A stretch of 64,000 nt of DNA from Lama glama (GCA_028534125.1 CM052816.1:75766001-75830000), one strand, 5' to 3'. Counted from the stretch's first letter, positions 38,954 through 51,800 are shown. Notes: generated by a model from the sequence alone, not told the origin. Made by a program: numbers and translations.

Positions 38954-39590
38954 CTGTGGTGGCCGCGGCGATGGCAGCTGCGTAAGCCTCCAGGGTCAAG
39001 CCTCAGTTGTCCTGGACACGCCTTCAACCTGCACTCAGCCTTGCCCTGCTCAATGTGGAGTTGCCAAGCCTTCGCTTTCTAAGAGCCTACTTTCGCTGGC
39101 TGCCAGTTTTCCGGAACTGGAGTCCGTCCGTGGTCAGCTTTCAAAAACTTGGAGAACCAGAAGGGCAGCGGGATGGGTCAGCGAAGACTGATCGTGGATT
39201 TTCTCTCTCTCCCCCCTCCCTCTCTCTCTCTCTCTCTTCGTTTCTTCAAAGACGATCCAAGCTTTGAGGGGTCCGCAGGTCTCGTTCGCGGGCGGACAGC
39301 GCTCAGGTGTGCAGCCGCGCGCGCAGGTGGCACTGAGCTTCTGTCCCCGATTTGGGTCGCCCTCCTTCCCAGCCCAGGGCAGCGCGGACGGCTACCGGGG
39401 CTGGTGGCTGCAGCTGAGACAGCTTATGGTGCCCTGGGGGCGGCTTGAGGTCCACTCGGCCTGAGGCTCTGACCTGGGGCAGTTCATCTTCCTCTCGGGC
39501 TGCCGGGTTTCGAGCTCCGCTCTTGCCCTTCCAGCCTCTGTACAAACTTTTCTCCTGCTTCAAGTTTCCCTGGCGGAGGCGGAGACACAC
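38954..39590 (-). other. PTGER4: PTGER4 non-coding exon 1 (5'UTR); TSS approximate
   Basis: Donor ccacag|gtgagg at 38954/38953 gives a 458-nt intron 1 to the acceptor at 38496; matches the known three-exon PTGER4 layout; 5' end inferred from the CCAAT/GC boxes just upstream. Confidence 0.75.
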
Positions 39591-39594
39591 AGCG

Positions 39595-39870
39595 CGCGGC
39601 CAGGGCTCCCATTGGCTAGACGGGAGGGGGCGGGGCGCGTGCTCGCTCCTCCGCGCCCCCAGGAAGCGCGGCGGACCGGAGGGCGGGGCTCCGGGCTGCG
39701 TGGGTCCTGCAGCGCCTCGCGGGGCGGCTCCCCGCGGCTTTCCCGCCCTCCGAGGGGCGGGGGTGGTTGAGACGTGGCCCCGGCGCCTCAGGCTGATGGT
39801 GCTGAGAGGCTGCCGTCTGTGGAGACCCCCGGGGAAGCCCCGGCGCTCTCCTGTGCGCATGCTTAAGCTA
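39595..39870 (-). promoter_or_regulatory. PTGER4 proximal promoter: CCAAT box, GC boxes, NRF1-like site
   Basis: ATTGG at 39611-39615 (CCAAT on minus strand), GGGGCGGGG at 39627-39635 plus further GGGCGG boxes, TGCGCATGC at 39854-39862. Confidence 0.75.
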
Positions 39871-40328
39871 CTCCGAACTCGGCATCCAGGGGGGCCAGCT
39901 CTGGAAACAGCATCTCTTCTTCCTCACTGCCTCTCGCTCCGAGTGGGCTATTTCTCGCACCTTCCACACACGGGTCGCAACATCTGGGTGCTGGAAGGGA
40001 GGTCAGCTGCTTAGGACCCTACCTTGGAGCGGCCGAGGTGTGTGTGCGCGCGCGCGGCCGCGGGAGGAGAAATAGGGTGGAAAACTAGGATGTGTGGGCG
40101 CGTGGCCCCGGGTCAGAAGTAGGGTGAACGCAACGGTAGTGTGGGTGGATGGGCGGGGAAGCAGCCAAGACTCCATCCTCTCACCGTGAAAGGAGTTCGT
40201 TGGCAGTGCCCAGGCTGTCGGCTGTGCTCGGTAGGGCAGCCCCAGGCAAAAGGAGGAGACGGGACAGCAACCTCTCCCGGCGCAGGTGGCAGAGCCCTCC
40301 GTCGATGCGGAGAGATGGCCCACGGCAG

Positions 40329-40435
40329 GGGAGGAGAATGCAGGAAAAGGGCCGAGTGGGGCCATCGCCCCAGCCGCTCACCACGAGCGGGATGGAGCAG
40401 ATGAGCACCACCAGGGAAGTGGCGATGAGATGACC
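40329..40435 (-). repeat. Ectopic direct copy of the PTGER4 exon 2/intron 2 junction (source 37523-37633)
   Basis: 40336-40429 matches 37530-37623 at 92/94 nt, offset 2,806 bp, same orientation. Confidence 0.95.
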
Positions 40436-41184
40436 CAGGGGAGGGTCAGTAAGGGTGGGAGGACTGTCTGCCTGCCCGCGGAAGCCTTTCTCTGGCTCCG
40501 AAGGACTTCTCCGCCCTGTAAGAACGGTTAGACCCAGCTTCGTGCCTTGGCCCTGTTACATTTGTTAGACACCTTCACCAGGAATCCTTGGAAAGGCTGA
40601 TGCAGTGAAACTAGGATTTGCAAGTCATTCGAGTAAAGGAATTCTCCAGTCATTACCTCCATGGTTAAACTCTTGGAAAATCCTATTTGCTCTACCTTTT
40701 ATCTCCAGATACAATTTAACTTCTTTTGTGGAGGGAACAGTTTCTCTTGTTCATTACTCATTGTTCGCTTCTTTTTGTGCTATTACCTAAAGTCAGAAGG
40801 GAAAACTAAAAAAAAAAAAAAAGAGAAAAATTTCGTGGAATAATTATAACTGCTTCACCATTTTTTTAAACCATAAAACGAGATTATGTGAGCTGTCGCA
40901 ATTTCAGTTCTTAGGAAAACCTATTTTCATGGGTTATACACATGCATTTTAACACATTGCATTTCCTCACAGAGTAGGTAAATAATTCTTTCATATGGTA
41001 AAGCAGGCACTCAAGCCTTAAATGTTATTTCGTGAATGAACAAACCTAAGAATTTATCTGGTTCTCCTGTTATTCTCAAATGACACAGTGACAAATGAGT
41101 AATAGAAGAAACATGGAGGGCATTCCAGATTTCAACTAATTACAGGACATAAAATATCTAGAATCACACAGGCACCATGTGGAG

Positions 41185-41222
41185 ATATATATATATATAA
41201 TATATATATATTATATATATAT
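41185..41222. repeat. (TA)n microsatellite, imperfect
   Basis: Direct reading. Confidence 0.9.
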
Positions 41223-43319
41223 AATCATTCAGTTGTTTGTATTTTTCATGAATACCAGAGATTCAGAAAGAAAAACACATTTGTTAGCCAATATAAAAAG
41301 AATGGAAGGCAGCCAGTTTCTCAGTCTTCTCTTAATCACCACTATTAACCACTCCTGTTGTCTGTGCTTGCGTTGAGTAGTAAACTCTAGGATTGTGTCT
41401 GCACTGAAAACGAATCAACACTAGAAAAAGGAAACTGCACATTCTACCCGCAGTCTTCCCTGACCACATTGCATCATTACTACCCTGTCAGGTGGTTGTC
41501 AGTAAAAATATGAAGGGGAGGTGGGAAGTTCCCTTTATAATCACTTTCTGTTTAAAAAAAAAGTTTTTTTTCCTGTTTTTTTTTTTTCATTTGAAGTTCC
41601 TAAAATGAAAAGCAGTTAAGATTGGCACTTGTTAACTTTTCATGGTGAAGAGTATATTACATATAAAAATTGAGGCACACTGCTGAGAGAATTAGTAAGT
41701 AGTACAGGTTTTACCATGTCATGGATAAACTGGGCTTGTTATCAGTAGAGCTGTTTTTCTTACTAGTCTTTTAAATTTTCTTTCCATGGTAGCTTTAGGA
41801 AAATGAAAATAAATCAGAATCCAGGACACAAGACTTAAAAAAACCAAAATGTAATGAGGTTTACCTGTACTCTCTTTTGGTGCATGATTATTAAAACTTA
41901 AGTTTCGCCTTTAGAAGTACAGTTGAAGATTTGGGAAACAAACACTTATTTTCTTAATTTGAAAAATGGGGACAGTGTAATTTAGTTTCCCTCATATTCT
42001 ACCGAGAATCTACATTGCAGAAGGAAAAGAGGAATTGTCACGATTGTGTGGACAATTCTTGTCATTGTTTGCATATTTAATGAAAAGACATTTATTCTAA
42101 GCATTGTTTTCTATCCTCCCTTGCAATTTCTGCCCCAATATCTACTTCTCTGCACTGGAAGATCCTGGTTCACTTCTTTAGAAATGTCATGGAACCCTCT
42201 CTGCAAGTTTGCACTGGTCCAAGAACGTCCTGACCGATCAGTGTGATTGCTCTCTACTAGCTAACTATTGGACTGCTCTTTTAAGTAAACACCATAAGGT
42301 TGGAGCTCCTTTAAAAGCAAAGTCTGCTTGCAGGCTCCAGACCACATTCCCTTTGACTAGGTTGAATCTTCCTTGGGTCAAATGAATGGGTAACAATGGG
42401 TTCCTGGGAGAAAGGCAGCAGGATGAATCAGATCTGGCCTAGACCTCTTCCTAATCCAAAGCCGGCCAGATCTTAGAGCATTCCTAGGGCGCTAACGTTT
42501 ATGTAGCAAAGACTGTGTAAATTGTGTTTGCTCTCTGTCATTCCGGACAGGCCATACAGATACTCAGAACAGTGAAAAAGGCATCTATCTGGTACAAATA
42601 ACACAGTACCCTTGGCTACATCTGCCTTTCACACACTCACCCTGTTGTTTCAGTGAATTAGAAGCATGGCATTAACCTGATTTTAGGCATGAAAAGAGGT
42701 CCACGTTTGTGACTGTGATCCTAAGGACTGCCCTCGCTCTTTAGTGGTGTATTTTAAATGTGTGGTCTCCTAATTATTTTCATTTTCTAAGCATAAATTT
42801 TATGCTGAGTCTAGTGCCTAGAGTTGTTACACATATCATTACTGTGATTAACTCCCCAATGTCTTCATCTGGGGATAAATTACTGCTGGGAAGGCTGGTC
42901 GCCACCAAGTGATTGCTTCAGGCTGCCTTCTACTCAGACAGTTACACTCCTCAAGGGATGGCTTTCTACCCATTTAATCTTCCTCTTTTTCTTCTCCAAG
43001 CAGATAATTCCACTGCGCTCTCCTTGTGGATTGGGCTAATGGACAAACACAGGAGATTGTCTACTTAGTATTGCTCAGTTTTGAAGGTACAGGTGCAGAG
43101 ATAAAGCATTCAGGTGTCTCTTCTACAGGAAGATGGACATTCTGATTATAGTTCAGTTTCTTCTCCCAAATTGCTGTATATTTTAGTACTTCAGAATATA
43201 CGCAGGGACTCCCTGGCTTAATCATCAACACCAGCATCCTCTGTAGCTTGTTGACCACTTCCCATAGCACTTTCACATTTGCATTCACATGTGCTCTGAT
43301 TAGCAACCCCTGAGGATGT

Positions 43320-44220
43320 TAGGTAGGTGTGATGGAGACTGACGTTTCACCAAACCTTGTTTCCATTTCCTCTTAAACACGTAGCTGGATGTTACTTCCC
43401 AGACTTCTCCTTGTTTGGGTGAAGCTTGTATGACTGAATTCTAGACAATGGAAAACAGGAGGAAGTGATGTGTGCCACTTCTAGACCTGGTCCCTAAGAG
43501 ACCCCTCTGTGCTGTGTTCCCTTTTCTTCTGACAAGATACGAGGCCCTGGTATATGGCAGAGTCACTAGATAGAATGTGACTGGGTCCCTGAATGGCTGC
43601 ATGGAGTGGGGACCTCATTCCAAGCCCAATGACCTTCACTGGACAGTGATGCAAAAGAGAAGTAATCCCCCGAGATCTGAGGGGCTGCTTGTTTGGGCAG
43701 TTTGCCTGTGCCAACTGACTAACACAGTATGATTGGAGTCATCTCTCTTTAGTTATGAGAAGGTGGGCACAGAAAAGCTATGAGACTTGCTCACAGGCAC
43801 GAGAATTCGTAATGCCACCTGAAATTTAGCCAGTGCTTAGCCTGTGTGAGACACTGTGTGGAGTGAAGTATGCGTAAGTCATCTATTCCTCAGAATAAAC
43901 TTGTGAGGAAGGTACTACCTAGCAGTAGGCCCAGTTGACAGCCGAGCAAACTGAAGTGTGATGAAGGAATGTGCGGGACATGATCATTTCTTAAAAGACT
44001 ACTCAGCCTCTGGGGACGGTGGTGCTGAGAGTCTGGCAGTCTAAGTGGCTGCTGGTTAAAGCACCAGGTTGATTAATGTGACCTTGGATGAGTTGGCTGC
44101 TGCCAGCCTTTCTGTTGACTCCTTGTATAATTGATTGTCTTTCCAATGAATTATTTCCTGCTTTAACTGACCATAATCAGTTTCTGTTGTTTGTGAATAA
44201 TAACCCCACCCAGCACAGAG
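43320..44220. mobile_element. MLT1-type MaLR LTR fragments
   Basis: ttcccagact…gaagtgatgtgtgccacttctagacctgg…ctgggtccctgaatgg…; family assignment tentative. Confidence 0.5.
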
Positions 44221-46774
44221 AGGTCAAATAAATTACAGATCACTGTATTGATAAATAGCAGAGCAAAGATTTTCATCTAGGGCTGTCTGATCTCCAAACC
44301 TCTATCCCTAATCTTTATATTTTTTAGCCCAAACTGGAACTCCGACCATATGACTCATAGTCTTCTTTTTTTCTCCCTCAATATCATTGTCTTTGGGATA
44401 AAGAAAGTCTGGGTAAAAGGTCATAATAGGGAAGCTGAGTTTCCTAAGCTTCAGTGAAAAGGAGCTTTTACTAAGTTGGTTCTTTTGAAGTTTTAAGTAA
44501 TGTAATAATCCTATAAATAAAATGTCTGGCACATATTAAAAACAATAAATATTAACCTATTGTTATACAGTAGTTATTATTATTACATACAGTTGTGTTC
44601 ACCAAATTTATTTCTAATGATTTTATGATTAGTTGTTGGGCATAAAATGTTTAAAGGGCATCATAGTAAGTTGAGTAAGTATAACTTTGGTAGAACTTAT
44701 TTTTGCCCAAGAACAACCCAAAGACTGGTTATGTATATAATCACAAAGAGAGAATTAAAGTACTTATTCAGATAATTTAGGCAATCCCCTTCTCTTCCCT
44801 TGATGAGAAAGGAAGAATTACTTTCAATGAGATGATTTCTGTTGCCTACTCATACTGCTTAACTTTATTAGATCATTTCTCAGGAGTATATCTTATATTA
44901 TTGATCGTGTAATCACAGTTGAGCTATTAGGGAGATATTAGCAAATTTACCTGGTTTTCCTCCAGAATAAATTTCCAATTTTTAATTTTGAAATCTTTAT
45001 AAGAAGAACAGAAGAGCATTTATTTGAGAGAAATGAACGCAAATCTGCCTGGAAGCAGGAAGTCAATGTGAGGACCTTGCAGAGGGGAGGGGGACGAGGA
45101 GGGGGAGATTTCCAGTCAAAAATGAAAAGAAAAAGAACAAGTGTCTTTGTGAACAAAAGTGTGTTGAGGAAAGAAGCTGTTCTTCGACAGGTGTAAGGAC
45201 TCAGCTTGTCCTACGAGATACTACCTATATATAGCTGTAGAGTCCCTTGGCCTGACATCAGCTTATCCAGGGTGCCACTGGGACCCTGTCCTGCAAAAAC
45301 TTATTAGTACCTTAGCAGGATGCTTGGCACACCTAGGGTAGTGTGAGTGTTCAAGAACTTACCCTCTTGGCCTTTGTAATCTGTATGTAGTCCATTTTGC
45401 ATCTGGTCTCACAGCAGTCTCTTCACTTCCAATACCTATATGCGTGTAGATACACGTGCAACCTACAGAGCATATACACGAGTCACTGCCCCATCCCACC
45501 AACAGACACTTCCCTGTGTGCATCCTCAGACATAGATCTTTCCAGTGGACCAAGCACATGGAGAAACATGACGTTTTCATTCTCCCCTGAGCACGGTGCA
45601 TTTGCCTGGTGCACTCATTGTGCCTGAAATGACCAACCACAAACTTTTCTTCCTTTCAGTTTTCCACTCACTCATCTGATCAACAAGTACTTCTATATAA
45701 GGCTGGGCTAACCTCTGACTACATCCTTTGTACAAAAACAGTTCCTACCATCATTCAGCTTTCTATGTAATAGGGAAAACTCACTGTCCAGAAAGGGAAA
45801 CAGGCATTCAAATAAGCATACACACTTAGACATTTACAAACTGGGATTGATGCTATGAGAAAAAAGAAAGGACAGCCTTCATTTAGATTTGAGAGCAGCA
45901 ATGGCCCTTCTGAGAGGTGGTATTTTGTAACCAGGGGGTTGTTTGCGTCCCTTCAAAATAGCTCTCTGGTCAACAACAGGTTATCTTCCACTCCAAGTAC
46001 AGGAAGCACTACGTGTACTCTGGCTCAGAGCTCCACATCCACTCTGTCTAATGTCTCAAGTCAGTTGACATCCTGTAGACCAACAACTAGAGCAGAGAAG
46101 GTTTCTGAGAATTCAGAGAATTCATCTTGAGGAAACTAGGAGCTGAATAAACCCATGTGAGGTGCACTGAAGTAAAGGAAAATATCAAAGTTTGGAAAGA
46201 GGAACCTGTGACTTGAGAGAATCTGTCACTTGACTGTGATGCTTAGTGAACTCCTGTAACAGAAGTTCAAAGCTCTTCACTGGGGAGGGTGAGGTGGGGT
46301 GAGAAATGAAGCAGCTTGCTTTCTGAGGATAATTCCAACTTCGCCATCTGTTGAGAATCAAGCCCCAGATTAGTCTCAGGCCTGGCCTGCTCCTTGTATT
46401 TCAGGTTAATGGGTATGGATCAGAAAGGAAACTAAAATTATAATTAAAACTTTCCTGTAGTTTAAGAAGATCTAAATGTATGAAAGTCTGAGGCAGAGCA
46501 GACCTTCCAAAGTAAGTGAAGGCTATTTATTTGTTTTATAGGAAAACTTCTTTATTATTATTTTTTAAAAAGCTATAGTGCTTGATCTAACAAGAAATGA
46601 GATGTGATTGTTCATATAAACAGCAATTTTTAGTATGACTTTCTGATGCCAAATTGTTTTGTGTATTTTCCTATAAAATAATAGGTTGGTTATATATTAA
46701 AAGAACTGTAAAATTTGTCTAAGGCAGTTCTGCAGTAAGGTTCATTGCTTTAATGTAACAAGAAAAGCAGATAC

Positions 46775-48810
46775 ATTTCAACTGAAGTATAGTTGATGTA
46801 CAATATTATGTTAGTCTCAGGTGTGCAACATAGTGACTTGACATTTGCATACATTATGAAAGGACAACAAATCTAGTAACCATCTGTCTCCATACAGAGT
46901 TATTATAATATTATTGACCATATTCCTTATGCTGTATATTACATTTCATGGCTTATTTGTTTTCTAACTGGAGGTTTCCATTTCTTAATCCTCTTCACCT
47001 ATTTCACCACACCACTCCCCTCCCCTCTGGCAACCATCCATTTGTTCTCTGTATCTATAAGTCTGTTTGTTTTTTTTCAGATTTCACATATAAATGAGAT
47101 CACACTTTTTCTTTTTCTTTCTTTTTTTATTATAATATAGTTGATTTACAATGTTGTGTTTGTTTCTGGTGTACAGCATAGTGATTCAGTCATATGTGTA
47201 TATGTAATATATATATATATTATATATATACACACACACACATTTCTTTTTCATTATATGTTATCATAAGATATTGAGTATAGTTCCCCATGCTATACAG
47301 TAGGACCTTGTTGTTTATCTATTTTATATATAGTAGTTAGTTTCTGCTAGTCCCAAACTCTTCATTTTTATCACTCCCCTCCTTTCCCCTTTGGTAACCA
47401 TAAATTTGTTTTCTATGTCTGTGAGTCTGTTTCAGTTTTGTAAATAACTTCATTTGGCTCATTTTTTTAGATTCCACATCTAAGTGATTTCATGTAATAT
47501 TTGTTTTTCTCTGTCTGACTTACTTCACTTAGTATGATGATCTCCAGGTCCATCCATGTTTCTGCAAATGGCATTATTTCATTATTTTTTAAGGCTGAGT
47601 AGTATTCCATTGTGTACATACACCACAACTTCTTTATCCAATCATCTGTCAGTGGACATTTAGGTTGCTTCCACGTCTTGGCTGTTGTAAATAGAGCTGG
47701 TATAAACATTGGGGTGCACGTATCTTTTCAAATTGGAATTTTCTCTGGATGTACGCCCAGGAGTGGGATTGCTGGATGATATGGTAAGTCTTTTTTTAGT
47801 TTTTTAAGTACTCTCTATACTGTTTTCCATAATGGCTGCACCAAATTACATTCCTACCAACAGTGTAGGAGGGTTCCATTTTCTCTACACCCTCTTCAAC
47901 ATTTATTGTTTGTGGACTTTTTAATGACTGGCATGAGGTGGTACCTCACTGTAATTTTGATTTGCATTTCTCTGATAATTAGCAATACTGAGCATGTTTT
48001 CATGTGTCATCTATATGTCTTCATTAGAGAAATGTCTGTTTAGGTCTTCTGCCCATTTTTTGATTGCTTGCTTGCTTTTTTTGTTGCTGTTATTGAGCTG
48101 TTGGCATATTCTGGAAGTTAAGCCCTTGTCAGTTGCATTGTCTGTAAATATTTTCTAACAGTCCTAGGTTGTCTTTTCATTTTGTTTATGGTTTCCTTTG
48201 CTGTGCAAAAGCTTATAAGTTTAATTAGGTCCCATTTGTTTATTTTTGCTTTTATTTCTATTGCCTTGGGAGACTGACCCAGGAAATCATTGCTATGATT
48301 TAGGTCAGAGAATGTTTTGCCTGTGTTCTCTTCTAGGAGTTTATGGTATCCTGTCTTATATTTAAGTCTTTAAGCCTTTTTGAGTTTATTTTTGTGTCTC
48401 GTGTGAGGAGATGTTCTAACTTCATTAATTTACATGTGGCTGTCCAGCTTTCCTAACCAACACCACTTATTGAAGAGACCATCTTTTCCCCATTGTATAT
48501 TATTACCCTGTTTGTTGAAGATTGACCATAGTGTGTGGGTTTATTTTTGGGCTCTCTATTCTGTTCCATTTATCCATATGTCTGTTTTTGTGCCAATACC
48601 TTGCTGTTTTAATTACTGTAGCTCTGTAGTATTGTCTGAAGTCTGGGAGGGTTATTCCTCCAGCTTCGTTCTTTTCCTTCAATGTTGCTTTGGCAATTCT
48701 GGGTCTTTTGTGTCTTTCTCTTTCTGATTTATTTCATTTTGTGTGTGTGTGTGTGTATCTGTATATATCTTCCTTATCTATTCATCTATTGATGGACACT
48801 TAAGTTGAAA
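46775..48810 (-). mobile_element. Nested L1s: older 3' end split by a younger ~1.6-kb L1 (47107-48710)
   Basis: Two successive L1 3'UTRs; ORF 47467..47709 is the L1 ORF2 C-terminus; the older element resumes at ~48711 (tgtctttctc…tcatctattgatggacactt). Confidence 0.85.
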
Positions 48811-51800
48811 AAACAAGTACATTTTGAAGATATCAAATGTGAGGGCTAAGAATCAAGTATAAATTCTTTTTCTCGCAGTAGTGAATTAGTGTAAAAGTGT
48901 CAGTTGCTAAGAAGTAAAAATTAGGAGAAATTTTAGCAGCTGGAAGAACAGCATACCCTTCTCAAAATTGTCTGTCTGTGTTAATAATTTGTCTTCGTCT
49001 CTGATCATATTTTTGCCAGTGCTGACAGGGATTTTAAAAGATCTGCTGGTAATCTAAATGTGATATGCTGCAGAGATTTCAGAAGATCTGCTGGCAGTCT
49101 AAATTGTCTAAAGTGTGATTAACTCTAAACTATATACATGCAATTCAAACTTTGATAGAAGTCAGTTCTTACCTGAATATTCTAACTATGGATTAAAACT
49201 TTTTCTTATAGCCAAACAAACCATAAAGAAGTATTAGTTTTCTTTTATTTTTTTCTGACTTTCATCTCTTTTATTTTCCAACCTGAACATTTTTGAAAAA
49301 TATCCCTAAAAGAATATAAATGAAATACATTCTCTTGAGGAAGAGACCGTCCTTTAGATGAGGTTTTGCCTGGGCTCACATCATTTTGGAGATCCTGTTT
49401 ACAATTTCCTTTGGGGTCTTATAAGATGCACAGTCACCTGGACTTCAAAGAGTGGTGCTAGAAATTTTTATGAAGTGTCCATCAGTCCCAGATTGTTAAA
49501 GAAAGTCCAAAGGTCTCTCTTTTTGGCCTAGATGACAGACCAGTCAGCTTTAAACCCTAAATCAAAATTTTTAGCCCTTGCCAAGGGCTGGCCTTAAGAA
49601 AGATTTTAAAATAATTTTTTTGAAAAAATCAGTACTTTCTGATTTTAGATTTTTCCCTTGCTGTTTTTAAAGGGTTACTTTACACTCTTTGGATTTTGAC
49701 AAAATGTGTTTTTGCATTTGATCATTTTTCTTGTGTTTTTCTGAGATGAGATTTGTGTAGGAAGGTTGGAGGATCGGGTCTGCTGTTTTACAAATCTGCA
49801 CATTCACTTTTAGAGAACAATGCCTGAGATCCCCGTTACTTTATAAAAACTGTATTTATTAGAAAGTGTTCAGTTCTGTCCAGATGATCCCTATATTTCT
49901 CTGTGGTGGTTAGTGGGACACTTGTTTTTTAAACGAGCTTGAAGGAATCATTTCTTTTGCAGAGCCCTTGTCCACTCTCAGATCTCTGAGCTAATGTGTA
50001 AATTGCTGTGGTATTTTAAGCGTAGGCAAATACTAATGTCTCTCCTCTCTTCCATCCATAATAATGATAAGAGCTTTCCTATAATTCAAATTAAGGCTCT
50101 CTCCTGGGAGCTTCCTTTTTTTACAACTTCTCCCTGCTCTGCAATACTGCCTCTCCCCTCCTCCCTAGAATAGCTGTCTCTGAGTCCTGAGTCAACAAAC
50201 CCAGGAATCAAGCCAGCCAGCCTCCTAAAATGATGACGGAGGGAGCAACGCCAGGTAGAGCTGCCCTCCTTCTTTCCTTTCTTCTTTTCTTTCCCCCTTT
50301 CTTTCCATTTCTCACTCTATCAACAGCCTCAACAACTAACATTTCATAAGCACCTATCGCGGTGCCAGCCAATGTGCAAAGTTCTTTCAGTGAATTCTTT
50401 TTATTATGGTACAAATAAGGACACAGAAATGGCGAGAAGTTACATAATTTTTCCAAGGTCCCAGAGCTCATAAGTGCTGTGGCAGAGAGTGTGTGTTCCT
50501 GACCACTGGATTACACCATCTCTTCCTTTCCAGCGCTGATCACTCCTTAACACCTCACCCCATCCCTTAATGTACTAAAGAAGGAAGCCACCACATTTCA
50601 ATCAAAGATTAAGGTAAAACTTCTCTGGTATATTTAGTCTAGCCACTGACCACTCATCCCTGGGTGTTCAGGAAGTAGGTGCAAAAAGCAGGAGATGGAA
50701 AATTCTTCACAGTTACTTCTGATGGGAGCTTATAGCCACTTAATTTATTTTCTATTTTATGTGGATTAGTTTACTACTTCTGCAACTACCAAGGGGATCT
50801 ATAATAGCTTCTATGACGTTTAAATAATCAAATACTTCCGTATCCTCTGTCTTACTCTGTTCACAAACACCCAACCCAAATCAACTTCTTTGCTTAAGTT
50901 GAACCCATGCATGACAATAAAATGGAGAGTAGTGTCAATAACATGAAAAACATTGATCCAGTATAAACTACGTGCAGGGGATTATACTAAACCTTTTGTA
51001 TTTATCTTAGATAAACCTATGGTAAACCTACAAGGGAGGTGGCGGTATTGCACCTACAGCTCTAGCAGGATGTAAAGTCAAAAAATCTGCAGTCATTTGG
51101 TGCATCTCTTTCATGGGAGATGGGGTAGGAATGGGCATAGGTAAGAAGGATTAGCATAAATTCAGATGCAAATGGGGGGAGTGGGAGATACATCATCTAT
51201 CCTTTCCTGTCTTGCTATTCTCATTACAGATATTGCTAATCCACAACATCATTCCTTCCTTCAAGGGCCCACCACCAATCTGCTAGTGATGGCATAAGAA
51301 ATGGAAACTTACTTGCCATACGTGATTTAGCATATGCTGTGTACAGAACTGATTCGAAGAGACTCTAGTAGAAGATGTTTTTGTAAACTTCAGACGTATG
51401 TATGGGAGGTCCTTTTTGCTTAGATGATTTGAGAAGCACTCTGAAGACCTTTTATCGAATTTTTTGCTTTGGAGGGCAAACTTTGTGCCAAGGGATTATG
51501 AAAAAGATATAGCAGGAGAGAGCTCATGATCATTAAATTGTAACTAAAAAAAAAAATCTCACCTAGGGTAGAGGCTCCTGCCTATAAAAAAGGTATTTCA
51601 AGGATGTTTGGAGCATATCTAACAGTATCATACACATCTTTATGCAAAATACCCATATTTGCAATTGGGGGAGCCGCAGAACACAAATTGAAGAAGAGGC
51701 AGGAACGGATTGTTCTTGGGTCACACTGTGACATTTCAGTCTGACTGCTTTCATGTCTTATGAACTAGCTAGACATTCCAATACTTTGAATAGAATTTGG

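Larger units (their letters stand above)
37480..40530. promoter_or_regulatory. CpG island spanning PTGER4 promoter to exon 2
   Basis: Very high GC and CpG density against an AT-rich, CpG-depleted background; a less GC-rich stretch lies in intron 1. Confidence 0.85.

Noticed and set aside
40181..40411. ORF beginning VLICSIPLV as a second EP4 gene or processed pseudogene
   Set aside because: Only ~16 codons are homologous, there is no ATG, and it includes intron sequence; treated as a local duplication.
37207..40531. Many overlapping 60-213 aa ORFs on both strands
   Set aside because: Expected shadow ORFs in stop-poor GC-rich CpG-island and coding sequence; no recognisable products.
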